Below, in pieces: positions 29,460 to 41,103 of a stretch of 64,000 bases of DNA. The notes beneath the pieces were generated by a model. The model saw only the letters and a list, made by a program, of their open reading frames with translations. It had not been told where the DNA came from and searched no databases. Both the position numbers and the translations under genes were made by a program. Position 1 is the first letter of the stretch; each line of letters opens with the position of its first letter. Location: NCBI GenBank assembly GCA_047601445.1, contig JASGJH010000001.1, forward strand, positions 2,496,001 through 2,560,000, written 5' to 3'. This stretch comes from Myxococcales bacterium. GTDB taxonomy: Bacteria; Myxococcota_A; Polyangia; Polyangiales; DASUME01.

Positions 29460-30227
29460 TCACTTGGGCGCCATGCGCAGGGCACCGTCGAGACGGATGC
29501 ACTCGCCGTTCAAGTAGTTGTTGTCGATGATGTGCAGCGCCAGCTGAGCGTATTCGCGTGGCATGCCCAGACGGCTCGGGAATGGGATGGCCGCGGCCAA
29601 GTTGACCCGCGCAGCCTCCGGCAACGAAGCCAGCATGGGCGTATCCACCGTGCCCGGACAGATGGTGCACACGCGAATGCCCTGCTTCGCCAGATCGCGC
29701 GCCACCGGCAGGGTCATGCCCACCACACCACCCTTCGATGCGCTGTAGGCGGCTTGCCCGATCTGCCCATCGAAGGCGGCCACCGAGGCCGTGTTGATGA
29801 TGACGCCACGGTGGTGGTCCGCATCGGCCTGATTCTTCGCCATTTGGGCCGCTGCCAAGCGCAGCACGTTGAAGGTGCCCACCAGGTTCACCGCGATGGT
29901 CTTCTCGAAGATCGCGAGCGGATGAGGCTCACCCGCCTTGTCGAGCACGCGCACCGCGAGCCCGATGCCGGCGCAGTTGATCACCGCACGCAGCTCTCCG
30001 AACTCGGCGGCCTCCTCGATGGCGGCCTTCACTTGATCCTCCCTGGACACGTCGGTCGCCATGAACAGAGCAGAGGCTCCGAGCTCCGCAGCCAGGGTTT
30101 CCCCGCGCTCGCGGTTCATGTCTGCGATCACGACCTTGGCCCCGCGCTCCACCAACGCGCGCACGGTGGCTTCACCGAGGCCGGAGGCGCCCCCCGAGAC
30201 CACTGCTGCCTTCCCCTGGATCTCCAT
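29460..30227 (-). CDS. 3-hydroxyacyl-CoA dehydrogenase type-2 (HSD10-like SDR)
   Basis: [36 protein letters not shown] and [15 protein letters not shown] motifs. Confidence 0.93.
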   Translation of the reverse strand: MEIQGKAAVVSGGASGLGEATVRALVERGAKVVIADMNRERGETLAAELGASALFMATDVSREDQVKAAIEEAAEFGELRAVINCAGIGLAVRVLDKAGEPHPLAIFEKTIAVNLVGTFNVLRLAAAQMAKNQADADHHRGVIINTASVAAFDGQIGQAAYSASKGGVVGMTLPVARDLAKQGIRVCTICPGTVDTPMLASLPEAARVNLAAAIPFPSRLGMPREYAQLALHIIDNNYLNGECIRLDGALRMAPK

Positions 30228-30343
30228 CGCGATGTGCTCCTTGCTTGCGCACGCTCGACGCGCCACGCGCCGCCTCGCGAAAGCCTGCCATTCGACGCTG
30301 CGGACTCAAGGCTCCGCGTCGGACGCGGAGAGCGCTCGCAGTC

Positions 30344-31411
30344 CTACAGGGCTTGCGGCACGAGCTCGGCGGGTACGAGCTTGTCGAAGTCGGAAATCTT
30401 GGGGCACTTCTTGAGATCGGTCTTCTTGAAGACCACGACGTTGGCGCCGAACGTGGTTTGCGGATTGCTGCCGCCGGTGCCCATGCAGTCCGACTGCTTC
30501 GAGGACGGATCTGCCTTGGCTGCCAGGATCGAGGTTTTCGTGGTCTCGCCTGCGGAACCGAAGGACGTCTGGAACGTGCCGCGAGCCCCGTCCAGTTTGA
30601 AGCTGCCATCCTGCTGGGCGGTGTAAGCCGTCCAATTCATGCGGAGCTGCTGCACGATGTTGACCTGACAGGTCAGCCCCGAGTCGATGCCGAACGCCGA
30701 CACCTTGAGCTGCAACTGCGTGTAGAGACCTTCCTGACCAGCGCCTGAACCCGGCCAGATGCGCGGGTCGCTCAGGGAGGTGGGCAGCGCATGGTCGGTT
30801 TCGGTGCCGTCGTACCCCAGATACGTGCTGGCGGCCGGAGCATTGAGCGGTCCCGTATCCTTGTCCTTCACGAGATCCAGGGTGCGCGTGATGGGCAGCG
30901 AAGATGGAATCTTGGCCGCAGCCGAGGGGAAGAGGCTCGTGCTGGCCGTGCAGTTCTGCTCGCAGGTGCTGGCCACGGTCTGCCCGCACATATGCTCGGT
31001 GGACTTGAGCTTTCCGCTTTCGTCCTCGTTGACGAGAATCAGGAAGTAGCGACTCGTCACGCTCTTCACGAGCAACGTGCCGACGGGATCGCCTACGTAG
31101 GTCGAGCTCGTCTGTGGCTCGTCGAAGCGCGCCAGGTAGAACCCGAGCAAGCCCGCGTGACTGTCGTCCTTCGGCATCTCCGTCACGGACGCGTCCTTGA
31201 ACGTGTCCGGGGTGTTGTCGACCGTCCCCTGCTGATCGTCACCAGCGTCGGGAAAGTCATCGAGTGGCGCCGCGTCCGGATACATGGGGTTGTAGGCACC
31301 CTCGGGCCGCGAAAGCTCGCAACCGCTAAGGACCCCGCACAGGCACGATGCCAGGCCCAAGCCGGCCAGCTGTACCCGCGATCTCCGCGCGCTTCTCGTT
31401 CGAACACTCAT
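30344..31411 (-). CDS. Hypothetical lipoprotein
   Basis: LSGC lipobox, DAG linker and Cys-containing beta-rich body. Confidence 0.7.
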   Translation of the reverse strand: MSVRTRSARRSRVQLAGLGLASCLCGVLSGCELSRPEGAYNPMYPDAAPLDDFPDAGDDQQGTVDNTPDTFKDASVTEMPKDDSHAGLLGFYLARFDEPQTSSTYVGDPVGTLLVKSVTSRYFLILVNEDESGKLKSTEHMCGQTVASTCEQNCTASTSLFPSAAAKIPSSLPITRTLDLVKDKDTGPLNAPAASTYLGYDGTETDHALPTSLSDPRIWPGSGAGQEGLYTQLQLKVSAFGIDSGLTCQVNIVQQLRMNWTAYTAQQDGSFKLDGARGTFQTSFGSAGETTKTSILAAKADPSSKQSDCMGTGGSNPQTTFGANVVVFKKTDLKKCPKISDFDKLVPAELVPQAL

Positions 31412-31564
31412 GACGGCACCTGGAAGCTAAGACTTGCACGACATGCCCGGGCGGCACACAGGCCCGCGACACGCAGTAGCAGCAGCTTTCGTACCACGAT
31501 CGAGGCCAGTACGAGAAGGTCCGAGCGAGCGAGCCACCCTGCGGGAGGCCCGCCCTCGCCTACC

Positions 31565-32590
31565 TCAGCCTACCCGCCAGGTCTCACCGGCGTTCAGAAG
31601 CGTTTGCACGCTTACACGCTTCGGCTTGGCCGCTTCGACCTGAGCGTTGAGCATGGCGTCGTAGCTCTCGAGCTGCACCTTGCGGATGACGCCGAGGGGC
31701 GTGGGGAACTGCGGCGCGCGCATGCGGCTGATCACGAAGGGAATCGTGTCGCTGGTCTCGTCGTGGATGAGCAGCTTGTCCTCGCCCACCTCGGCCACGT
31801 CGACCACCTGGGGACGCCCCTGGCTGTCGAGCATGATGCCCTTCTCGTTCTTCTCACCGAAGCGCATGGGCTTGCCGTGCTCGAGCATCAGCGCGTTGGC
31901 GGGACGGCTCTTCTTATCCTGCAGCTGCACGAAGGCGCCGTCGTTGAAGATGTTGCAGTTCTGGTAGACCTCGATGAACGCCGTGCCCTTGTGGGTGGCG
32001 GCCGAGGACAACACCTGCTGGAAGCCCTGGGCATCCACGTCGATGGTGCGGGCCACGAAGGTCGCTCCGGCGCCGAGCGCCATGCTCACCGGATCGATCG
32101 GGTAGTCGATGGAGCCCATGGGCGTGGACTTGGTCTTCTTGCCGAGCTCGGAGGTGGGCGAGTACTGGCCCTTGGTGAGGCCGTAGATGCGGTTGTTGAA
32201 CAACATGTACTTGATGTCCACGTTGCGCCGCAGCACGTGCATGAAGTGGTTGCCGCCGATGGACAGCGCATCGCCGTCACCGGTGATGACCCACACGCTG
32301 AGGTCGGGCCGCGCGGCCTTGATGCCGGTGGCGACCGCGGGTGCACGACCGTGGATGGTGTGCATGCCGAACGTGTTCATGTAGTAGGGGAAGCGGCTCG
32401 AGCAGCCGATACCGCTCACGAACACGAAGTTCTCGCGCGGCACGCCGAGGCCCGGCAACGCGCGCTGCACGTTGGCCAGGATGGAGTAGTCACCGCAGCC
32501 GGGGCACCAGCGCACGTCCTGGTCGGACTGGAAGTCCTTGAGCTTGAGCGTGCTCGGGTCGGTGTGTTGAACCAAAGGATAGATACTCAT
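31565..32590 (-). CDS. korB: 2-oxoacid:ferredoxin oxidoreductase beta subunit
   Basis: WCPGCGD, SGIGCSSR, HGRA and TPP-binding GDGD...NN motifs. Confidence 0.93.
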   Translation of the reverse strand: MSIYPLVQHTDPSTLKLKDFQSDQDVRWCPGCGDYSILANVQRALPGLGVPRENFVFVSGIGCSSRFPYYMNTFGMHTIHGRAPAVATGIKAARPDLSVWVITGDGDALSIGGNHFMHVLRRNVDIKYMLFNNRIYGLTKGQYSPTSELGKKTKSTPMGSIDYPIDPVSMALGAGATFVARTIDVDAQGFQQVLSSAATHKGTAFIEVYQNCNIFNDGAFVQLQDKKSRPANALMLEHGKPMRFGEKNEKGIMLDSQGRPQVVDVAEVGEDKLLIHDETSDTIPFVISRMRAPQFPTPLGVIRKVQLESYDAMLNAQVEAAKPKRVSVQTLLNAGETWRVG

Positions 32591-32591
32591 T

Positions 32592-34436
32592 TCAGTTCGC
32601 CTCCGACTTGGCTTCGATCTGCGCCACGATGGCCTCGTAAATTTCGCTTTCCTTGAACGGCTTGCCCTGCATCTTGGTGTAGGAGCGGGCGTCGATCAGG
32701 TACTTGGAGCGGAGCAGCATGCTGAGCTGCCCCAGGTTGAGCTCGGGCACCAGCACGCGGCGATACTTGCGCAGGATGCCCGCCAGATCGTTGGGCAGCG
32801 GGTTGAGATTGCGCAGGTGCACCTGGCCAACCTTGAAGCCCTTGGCGCGCGCCTTCTTCACGCCGGCGCCGATGGCCCCGAAGGTGCCGCCCCAGCCGAC
32901 CACCAGCACGTCACCCTGCTCGTCGCCGATGACCTCCGTGGGCGCATAACGCTCGGCGATCTTGGCGACCTTCTCGGCGCGCAAGCGCGACATGAAGTCG
33001 TGGTTCTCGGGCGAGTAGCTGACGTTGCCCGTGACGTTCTCCTTCTCGAGGCCGCCGATGCGGTGCTCGAGGCCCGGCGTGCCCGGGATGGCCCAGGGAC
33101 GCCCGAGGTGCTCATTGCGCTCGTAGGGCTTGTAGCTCGCGGGGTCGGTGTGGAACTTGACCTCGATCGGCTTGATCTTGGACATGTCCGGCACCTTCCA
33201 CGGCTCGGCGCCGTTGGCGATGTAGCCGTCGCTGAGCAGGATCACGGGGGTCATCGACTCGACCGCGATGCGAGCAGCTTCGATGGCCGCGTGGAAGCAG
33301 TCACCGGGTCCGCGCGGCGCGATGATGGGCAGCGGCGACTCACCGTTGCGTCCGTACATGGCCATCAGAAGGTCCGATTGCTCGGTCTTGGTGGGCAGGC
33401 CCGTGGAGGGACCACCGCGCTGCACGTCCACGATCACCAGCGGCAGCTCGTACATCAGCGCGAGGTTGATGGACTCGGCCTTGAGCAACATGCCCGGACC
33501 GCTCGTGGTGGTGAGTGCCAGCGAACCCGCGTAGGCCGCGCCCACCGCCGCCGCGACGGCAGCGATCTCGTCTTCTGCCTGGAACGTGCGCACGCCCATG
33601 TGCTTCATGCGGGAGAGCGCGTGCAGGATGTCGGAGGCCGGCGTGATGGGATAGCTGCCCAGGAACACGTCGAGTCCGCTGAGCTCACCGGCCGCCACCA
33701 GGCCGAGCGCGAGCGCTTCGTTGCCGGAGATGTTCTTGTAGAGGCCGGGCTCGATCTGAGCTTGATGGACCTCGTAGGTGTGCGCGAAGACCTCGACGGT
33801 CTCGCCGTAGTGGTAGCCCGCCTTGAGCGCACGGCGGTTCGACTCGGCCACCTCGGGCTTGCCGGGGAACTTGGCGTCGATCCACTTGAGCGTGTGCTCG
33901 AGGGAGCGGTTGTACATCCAGTACACGAGGCCGAGGGCGAAGAAGTTCTTGCAACGCACGGCGGCGCGCTGATTGAGGCCGAGCTCCTCGATGGCCTTCA
34001 GCGTGATGCCCGTGATGTCCACCTTGTGGACCTTGAAAGCGCTGAGCGAGCCGTCTTCGACCGGGTTCGTCTTGTAGCCGACGCGCGTGAGGTTCTTGTC
34101 CGTGAACTGATCGGTGTCGAGGATCAGCACGCCGCCCTTCTTGAGGTCGCGGATGTTGGCCTTGAGCGCGGCCGGATTCATCGCGATGAGCACGTCGGGC
34201 TCGTCGCCGGGCGTGAACACCTCTTGAGACGAGATGTGCACCTGGAAGCCGGAGACGCCGGCCAAGCTGCCCGCGGGGGCACGGATTTCGGCGGGGAAAT
34301 CGGGAAAGGTCGCGAGGTCGTTGCCGGCCAAAGCCGAGGTCTCGGTGAACTGCGTTCCGGTCAGCTGCATGCCGTCGCCGGAGTCGCCGGCGAAACGGAT
34401 GACGACGGATTCGACCGTCTCGGTTGCTGCTTGCAT
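32592..34436 (-). CDS. korA: 2-oxoacid:ferredoxin oxidoreductase alpha subunit
   Basis: GDSGDGMQL, PAEIRAPAG, YPITPAS, QAEDEIAA and QRGGPSTGLPT motifs. Confidence 0.93.
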   Translation of the reverse strand: MQAATETVESVVIRFAGDSGDGMQLTGTQFTETSALAGNDLATFPDFPAEIRAPAGSLAGVSGFQVHISSQEVFTPGDEPDVLIAMNPAALKANIRDLKKGGVLILDTDQFTDKNLTRVGYKTNPVEDGSLSAFKVHKVDITGITLKAIEELGLNQRAAVRCKNFFALGLVYWMYNRSLEHTLKWIDAKFPGKPEVAESNRRALKAGYHYGETVEVFAHTYEVHQAQIEPGLYKNISGNEALALGLVAAGELSGLDVFLGSYPITPASDILHALSRMKHMGVRTFQAEDEIAAVAAAVGAAYAGSLALTTTSGPGMLLKAESINLALMYELPLVIVDVQRGGPSTGLPTKTEQSDLLMAMYGRNGESPLPIIAPRGPGDCFHAAIEAARIAVESMTPVILLSDGYIANGAEPWKVPDMSKIKPIEVKFHTDPASYKPYERNEHLGRPWAIPGTPGLEHRIGGLEKENVTGNVSYSPENHDFMSRLRAEKVAKIAERYAPTEVIGDEQGDVLVVGWGGTFGAIGAGVKKARAKGFKVGQVHLRNLNPLPNDLAGILRKYRRVLVPELNLGQLSMLLRSKYLIDARSYTKMQGKPFKESEIYEAIVAQIEAKSEAN

Positions 34437-34687
34437 CGCTTCCTCTTCTTCTCGTTCTTCGAAAGCCAGAGCCGAGCCATGGGGGCAGGCTGGGCTCCAA
34501 AAAGGCGGGGTGGTCTAGCGCAGGATGCGGAGGTTTCACCCGCAAACAAAATGCCGCGGAAGACCGCTAAAATCGTTTCCTCGTGCTGGTTTCCAGATCG
34601 TCGGTCACCCCGCGGGCGGCTGGCGAAGACGGCCGGCGCGGACTCCCGATGTTACTGGGCAGAAACTATGGGGTACCAGCGCGGGCT

Positions 34688-34755
34688 TGTCATATATGAG
34701 TTCCTTATCGGGAATATGATAAAAGATTATTTCTTAGTATTCTTGCGATGTTAGC
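34688..34755. promoter_or_regulatory. AT-rich divergent promoter region with palindromes
   Basis: Strongly AT-rich patch containing TCATATATGA (34690-34699) and TTATC-N8-GATAA (34705-34722). Confidence 0.45.
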
Positions 34756-34968
34756 GCTGGATCAGGCAGATTTTTTCTCGCCGCAGGAACGCTCCGATGG
34801 CCGCCGCTTGTTCCTGGGCGCCCCGCGGTTCTCCCACTCGCTCATGGGTCCTCGAGAAGGGTCGCGCTCGGCCCGCAGCCACCGCCTCAAAACACCCGCC
34901 AGATCGACGCAAACAAACTGGACACAGCGCCCGCGCCGCGACAGGGTCGCGCCCACTACTTGGAACGC

Positions 34969-35862
34969 ATGAAGCACTGGCTTGGCATTCTCACCCTTCT
35001 CCTCGCATGGCTCGGCTCGCAGGTCTCTGGCGCGCACGCGCAGGAAGAGATCTCCTGCGAAGGTCCGCTGCAAGGGGACGAGCTGCGCTTCCCGAACGCA
35101 CGGGTAGCGCCGCGCACGCTCGCCGACCTCGCGGCGGTGCCAGCCAGCGTAGTCGCCTGGGACGGCGGCGACTGGGCACGCTTCGGAGCCATCATGGCGC
35201 CCACCGTGGCCCTGATGGTGCCCGCCAACCCGTCCCTCGACGTGCGCTTCCAGGACTGGCTCGCGAAGCGCGAGAGACCGAGCCTCGACCGGCTCTTCGT
35301 CAAGATCAAGACCGTCCCCGAAGGCGTCGCGCTCGGTGTGTACGGGGCGATCATTTTCTCGGCCGCCTACGTGCGCAACGACAAGCGCCTGTTCGAGTAC
35401 GGCACGCTGGCGCTGGAGGCCCTGGGAATCCAGCAGTTCTATCACATCACCACCAAGCTCCTGCTCGGCCGTGAGAGCCCCTATCAAGGCAACGGCCAGG
35501 GCGACATCCACGGGCCGACGGTGTTCTCCTTCCCGGGTGGCACGCCCTCGGGACACGCTTCGACTGCGTTCGCGATGCTCGCAGTGCTGGCGGAGTACTG
35601 GAACGCCTGGCCGCTCTACGTGCTGGCGGGCGTGGGCGGCGTCTATGTGAGCTCGGCGCTGCTCTACGAGAAGCAGCACTTCTTGTCCGACGTCGTGATC
35701 GGCGCAGGCATGGGCTGGTACATCGGGCGCTGGATCGTGCGCCATCGCTCCTCACGCTATCGCTGCCGGGCCAAGACGGACCAAGCCTGGTATCAAAAGG
35801 TCATGTGGCTGCCCATGGCCAGCTCGTCGGGCCTCGGTCTCGGCGTCTCGTATCGATATTGA
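34969..35862 (+). CDS. PAP2-family phosphatase
   Basis: K...GRESP, PSGH and HFLSDV motifs; signal peptide. Confidence 0.88.
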   Translation: MKHWLGILTLLLAWLGSQVSGAHAQEEISCEGPLQGDELRFPNARVAPRTLADLAAVPASVVAWDGGDWARFGAIMAPTVALMVPANPSLDVRFQDWLAKRERPSLDRLFVKIKTVPEGVALGVYGAIIFSAAYVRNDKRLFEYGTLALEALGIQQFYHITTKLLLGRESPYQGNGQGDIHGPTVFSFPGGTPSGHASTAFAMLAVLAEYWNAWPLYVLAGVGGVYVSSALLYEKQHFLSDVVIGAGMGWYIGRWIVRHRSSRYRCRAKTDQAWYQKVMWLPMASSSGLGLGVSYRY

Positions 35863-35872
35863 AGGAGTCTGC

Positions 35873-36757
35873 GTGCTACGGACTTGCTCGGCCATCGCGG
35901 TGGTGATCTTGGGGCTCTCGCTCGTGCGCGGGCCCGCGGTAGCCAGCGAGGGTCTTAAGCTGGACGAGCCTGCCCTGGCGGCAGTCGATCGCTTCGAAAG
36001 CGTGTGGAACGCGGCCAAGTCGGCCACCTACCGCATCATCAAGGTGGAGCGCTTGCGCAAGGGCAAGGTGGTCACCGAGGAGCTCGCGATCAAGCTGCGC
36101 AAGCCCGGCAACGTGTACGTGCGCATGGTGAGTCCGATCGAGGGCCGTGAGATCATCTACGACCGCGTAAAGAGCCCCAGGAAGCTCACCGTGCACAACG
36201 GCGCCTTCCCGGACCTCACGCTGAACCTCGACGTGCGAGGCATGCTGGCCACCCACGACCAGCACCACACCATCGAGTCACTCGGCTTCGATCAGGCGGT
36301 GCAGATCTTCAAGACGGCGCTGGCAGCGGCCAAGAAGGAGCCGCACGGGGAGTACCTGCAGTACGCGGGAGAGCGCAGCCTGAATGGGCGCCCGGTAGAC
36401 TACGTGATCATGAACTCGGGCAAGCGCCCGGCGCGCGAAGAGGTCGCACAGGCCGACGAGTCGTTGTTCGCGTTCGCGGAGCGCGTGGGCATGGACGCCT
36501 ACGTGATCTACATGGCGAACCCGCAGATTCGCTCGATCACCAGTGAGCTCGAAGAGGGCGAGTCCTACGTGGTGCCGGCCTACTACGCGCAGCGCTGCGA
36601 CTCGTGGTTCGACAAGGCCACTGGCATGCCGCTCAAGCAGGCGATGTACGACGCCAAGGGCACCCTCTACGAGAGCTACGAGCATCGGGACATCCAGCTC
36701 GACGCCAAGCTCAGCGATGCCGACTTCGACGTGAAGAACCCGGCCTACGGCTTCTAG
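35873..36757 (+). CDS. DUF1571/LolA-like fold secreted protein with LysM-like insertion
   Basis: Signal peptide, QHHTIESLGF, LysM-like ESLFAFAERVGMDAYVIYMANP...VVP and C-terminal LSDADFDVKNPAYGF. Confidence 0.65.
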   Translation: MLRTCSAIAVVILGLSLVRGPAVASEGLKLDEPALAAVDRFESVWNAAKSATYRIIKVERLRKGKVVTEELAIKLRKPGNVYVRMVSPIEGREIIYDRVKSPRKLTVHNGAFPDLTLNLDVRGMLATHDQHHTIESLGFDQAVQIFKTALAAAKKEPHGEYLQYAGERSLNGRPVDYVIMNSGKRPAREEVAQADESLFAFAERVGMDAYVIYMANPQIRSITSELEEGESYVVPAYYAQRCDSWFDKATGMPLKQAMYDAKGTLYESYEHRDIQLDAKLSDADFDVKNPAYGF

Positions 36758-37017
36758 GACTGTGCCGCGGCATCCGCGCCAGCGTCGCTCGGCGTACCCG
36801 CATCCGACGGCACGGCGGCGTCGGGCTGCGTGTGACCCGCATCCACCGGCTGCGTGACCGGTGGCACCGGCGGCGTGGCCCCGGGCTCCTGCCAGCTGGG
36901 CGCCGCGCGCTTCACGCCCTTATCGTCAGGCTGGTCTTCGATGGCCGTGTCGTCGGCGCAGGCGCTGACGCAGAAAAAAGCAGCCAAAAGAGCGGCGAAC
37001 ATGGACCCACGCGACAT
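36754..37017 (-). CDS. Small hypothetical lipoprotein
   Basis: VSAC lipobox and DAG-rich tail. Confidence 0.55.
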   Translation of the reverse strand: MSRGSMFAALLAAFFCVSACADDTAIEDQPDDKGVKRAAPSWQEPGATPPVPPVTQPVDAGHTQPDAAVPSDAGTPSDAGADAAAQS

Positions 37018-37173
37018 GGGCCGCAGTGTAAAGGCAGCCCGCGTCGAGGGCTAGGGGGTCGAGGGCCCAGGGCGGACGCGAGAATGCCCGCGCTGGCGTG
37101 GGCGGTCTCACGGACCGACCTGCGCCGAACACGGGCACTCGGGTTCGTCACCGGCCCGCCTGGGCCAGTGGGC

Positions 37174-39009
<1,836 letters not shown>

Positions 39010-39165
39010 CGCCTTCTCCTGAGTCACCGCCGGCAGCGAGTGGGCTGCGGCTGAACGCTGATTCACTTACTAAACCCCGCTCACGGCCATGTCCAAGAGC
39101 TGCTTCCCCGAATGTATTCAGGAAACGGGATACTTTCGCGTGCGGGTACGCGCGCTCGTAGGGAA

Positions 39166-39179
39166 CGAACGATCGTTCG
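39166..39179. promoter_or_regulatory. Perfect palindromic operator candidate (TetR-family-like)
   Basis: CGAACGATCGTTCG in the divergent region between the acyl-CoA dehydrogenase gene and argS. Confidence 0.5.
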
Positions 39180-39305
39180 CTTAGTATCCATGCCGCAGGG
39201 CGAGAAGCAATGCGCAAAGAGCCTGATTCTCGGATCTTTCGTGTTTCCGCGAGCCCAGGCAGGAGCCGCCTCCACGGAGTCGCACGTGCTAAGGGGTCGC
39301 CCACG

Positions 39306-41057
39306 ATGCGCATCGAACGTTTTCTCGAGGAGTTAGGCCGCGCGGCCCTGAAAAAGGCCCTGGACGCGGAGGCTCCGGCGGCCCTACGGCCGACCACGGA
39401 TCCGAAGCACGGGGACTACCAGGTCAATGGTGTCCTGCCTCTCGCCAAGCAGCTCAAGCGCAATCCGCGCGAGCTGGCCGAGGCGGTGGCCGAGGTGCTT
39501 CGCCAGGAGCCCGCCATCGCCAGCGCCGAGGTGGCCGGCCCGGGCTTCGTGAACCTGCGCCTGTCCGATGCGTGGCTCGCTGCGAGCCTGGACACCGCCC
39601 TGCTGGACCAGGCCCGCGATGGCGTGCCGGCAGCAGAGACGCCCGAGCGCGTGGTGGTGGACTTCTCGGGTCCCAACATCGCCAAGCAAATGCACGTGGG
39701 TCACCTGCGCTCGACCATCATCGGCGACGCCTTGGTGCGCATCCTGCGCTTCCTCGGTCACGACGTGATCGGCGACAACCACCTGGGTGACTGGGGCACC
39801 CAGTTCGGGCTGTTGATCGTGGGCATGCGCGAGTTCGGTGACCAGCAGGCGCTGACGCGCGAGCCCATCGTGGAGCTCGAGCGCGTGTACAAGCAGGCCA
39901 GCGAGCGCGCCAAGTCCGATGATGCGTTCGCCACGGCAGCACGCGCGGAGCTGGCCAAGCTGCAGAACGGCGACGCGCAGAACACGGCGCTATGGCAGCA
40001 GTTCGTCGCGGTGACCAAGCGCGAGCTCGACAAGGTGTACGAGCGCCTCGATGTGCGCTTCGACACCTGGTACGGCGAGAGCTTCTACAACCCGATGCTG
40101 GCGGGCGTGGTCGAGCTGCTGAAGCAGAAGCAGCTCGTGCGCGAGGACCAGGGCGCGCTGTGCGTGTTCTTCAACGAGCTCGAGCAGGCGCCGCAGGAGC
40201 TGCGCAAGCAGAAGGAGCCGCTGATCGTCCAGAAGCAAGACGGCGCGTTCCTGTACAGCACCACCGACCTGGCCACGCTGCAGTATCGGCACGACCAGCA
40301 GGCGGCCAAGCGCGCCATCTACGTGGTGGACATGCGGCAGTCGCTCCACTTCAAGCAGGTCTTCGCAGTGTCGCAGCTGCTCGGCTTCGGCGACATGCGT
40401 ACCGAGCACCTCGGCTTCGGCAGCGTGCTGGGAAAAGACGGGAAGCCCCTCAAGACGCGTGACGCGCACGGTAAGGCCATCACGTTGGCGTCCTTGCTCG
40501 ACGAGGCCGAGGAGCGCGCGCTCGCGCGCCTGCAGGAGGGCAAAGCCGAGGGCAAGATTACCCTGACCGACGACGAACTCCCCTCAGTCGCACGCGCCGT
40601 GGGCATCGGCGCCGTGAAGTATGCTGACCTGCACCAGAACCGCGGCAGCGACTATCAATTCGACTTCGACAAGATGATCACGTTCCAGGGCAACGCGGGG
40701 CCCTACCTGCAGTACGTCTACGCGCGCGTGCAGGGCATCTTCCGCAGGGGAGGCGTCGCGCCCGAGCAGCTGCGCGGACCGATTGTTCTCGAGGTGCCGG
40801 AGGAGCGAGCCCTGGCGCGCGTGCTCGCGCGCTTCCCGGAGATCATCCATCAGGCCAGCGAGAGCGGGTTGCCCCATCTGATCACGGATCATCTGTATGA
40901 GCTGGCCAGGGCGTACAACACGTTCTTCGAGGCCTGCCCGGTGCTCAAGGCCGAGGGCTCGGTCCTTGCGAGCCGCCTCGCGCTCTGTGCACTCACGGGT
41001 CGCCAGATGAAACGGGGCTTGTCACTTCTGGGCATCCAGGCCGTCGACCGAATGTGA
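39306..41057 (+). CDS. argS: Arginine--tRNA ligase
   Basis: GDYQVN, AGPGFVN, PNIAKQMHVGHLRSTIIGD, GDWGTQFG and GPYLQY motifs. Confidence 0.97.
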   Translation: MRIERFLEELGRAALKKALDAEAPAALRPTTDPKHGDYQVNGVLPLAKQLKRNPRELAEAVAEVLRQEPAIASAEVAGPGFVNLRLSDAWLAASLDTALLDQARDGVPAAETPERVVVDFSGPNIAKQMHVGHLRSTIIGDALVRILRFLGHDVIGDNHLGDWGTQFGLLIVGMREFGDQQALTREPIVELERVYKQASERAKSDDAFATAARAELAKLQNGDAQNTALWQQFVAVTKRELDKVYERLDVRFDTWYGESFYNPMLAGVVELLKQKQLVREDQGALCVFFNELEQAPQELRKQKEPLIVQKQDGAFLYSTTDLATLQYRHDQQAAKRAIYVVDMRQSLHFKQVFAVSQLLGFGDMRTEHLGFGSVLGKDGKPLKTRDAHGKAITLASLLDEAEERALARLQEGKAEGKITLTDDELPSVARAVGIGAVKYADLHQNRGSDYQFDFDKMITFQGNAGPYLQYVYARVQGIFRRGGVAPEQLRGPIVLEVPEERALARVLARFPEIIHQASESGLPHLITDHLYELARAYNTFFEACPVLKAEGSVLASRLALCALTGRQMKRGLSLLGIQAVDRM

Positions 41058-41103
41058 GCCGGCCTGCATCTGCCCGTGCGCCCCTGTGCTAGAACTCGGG
41101 GCG

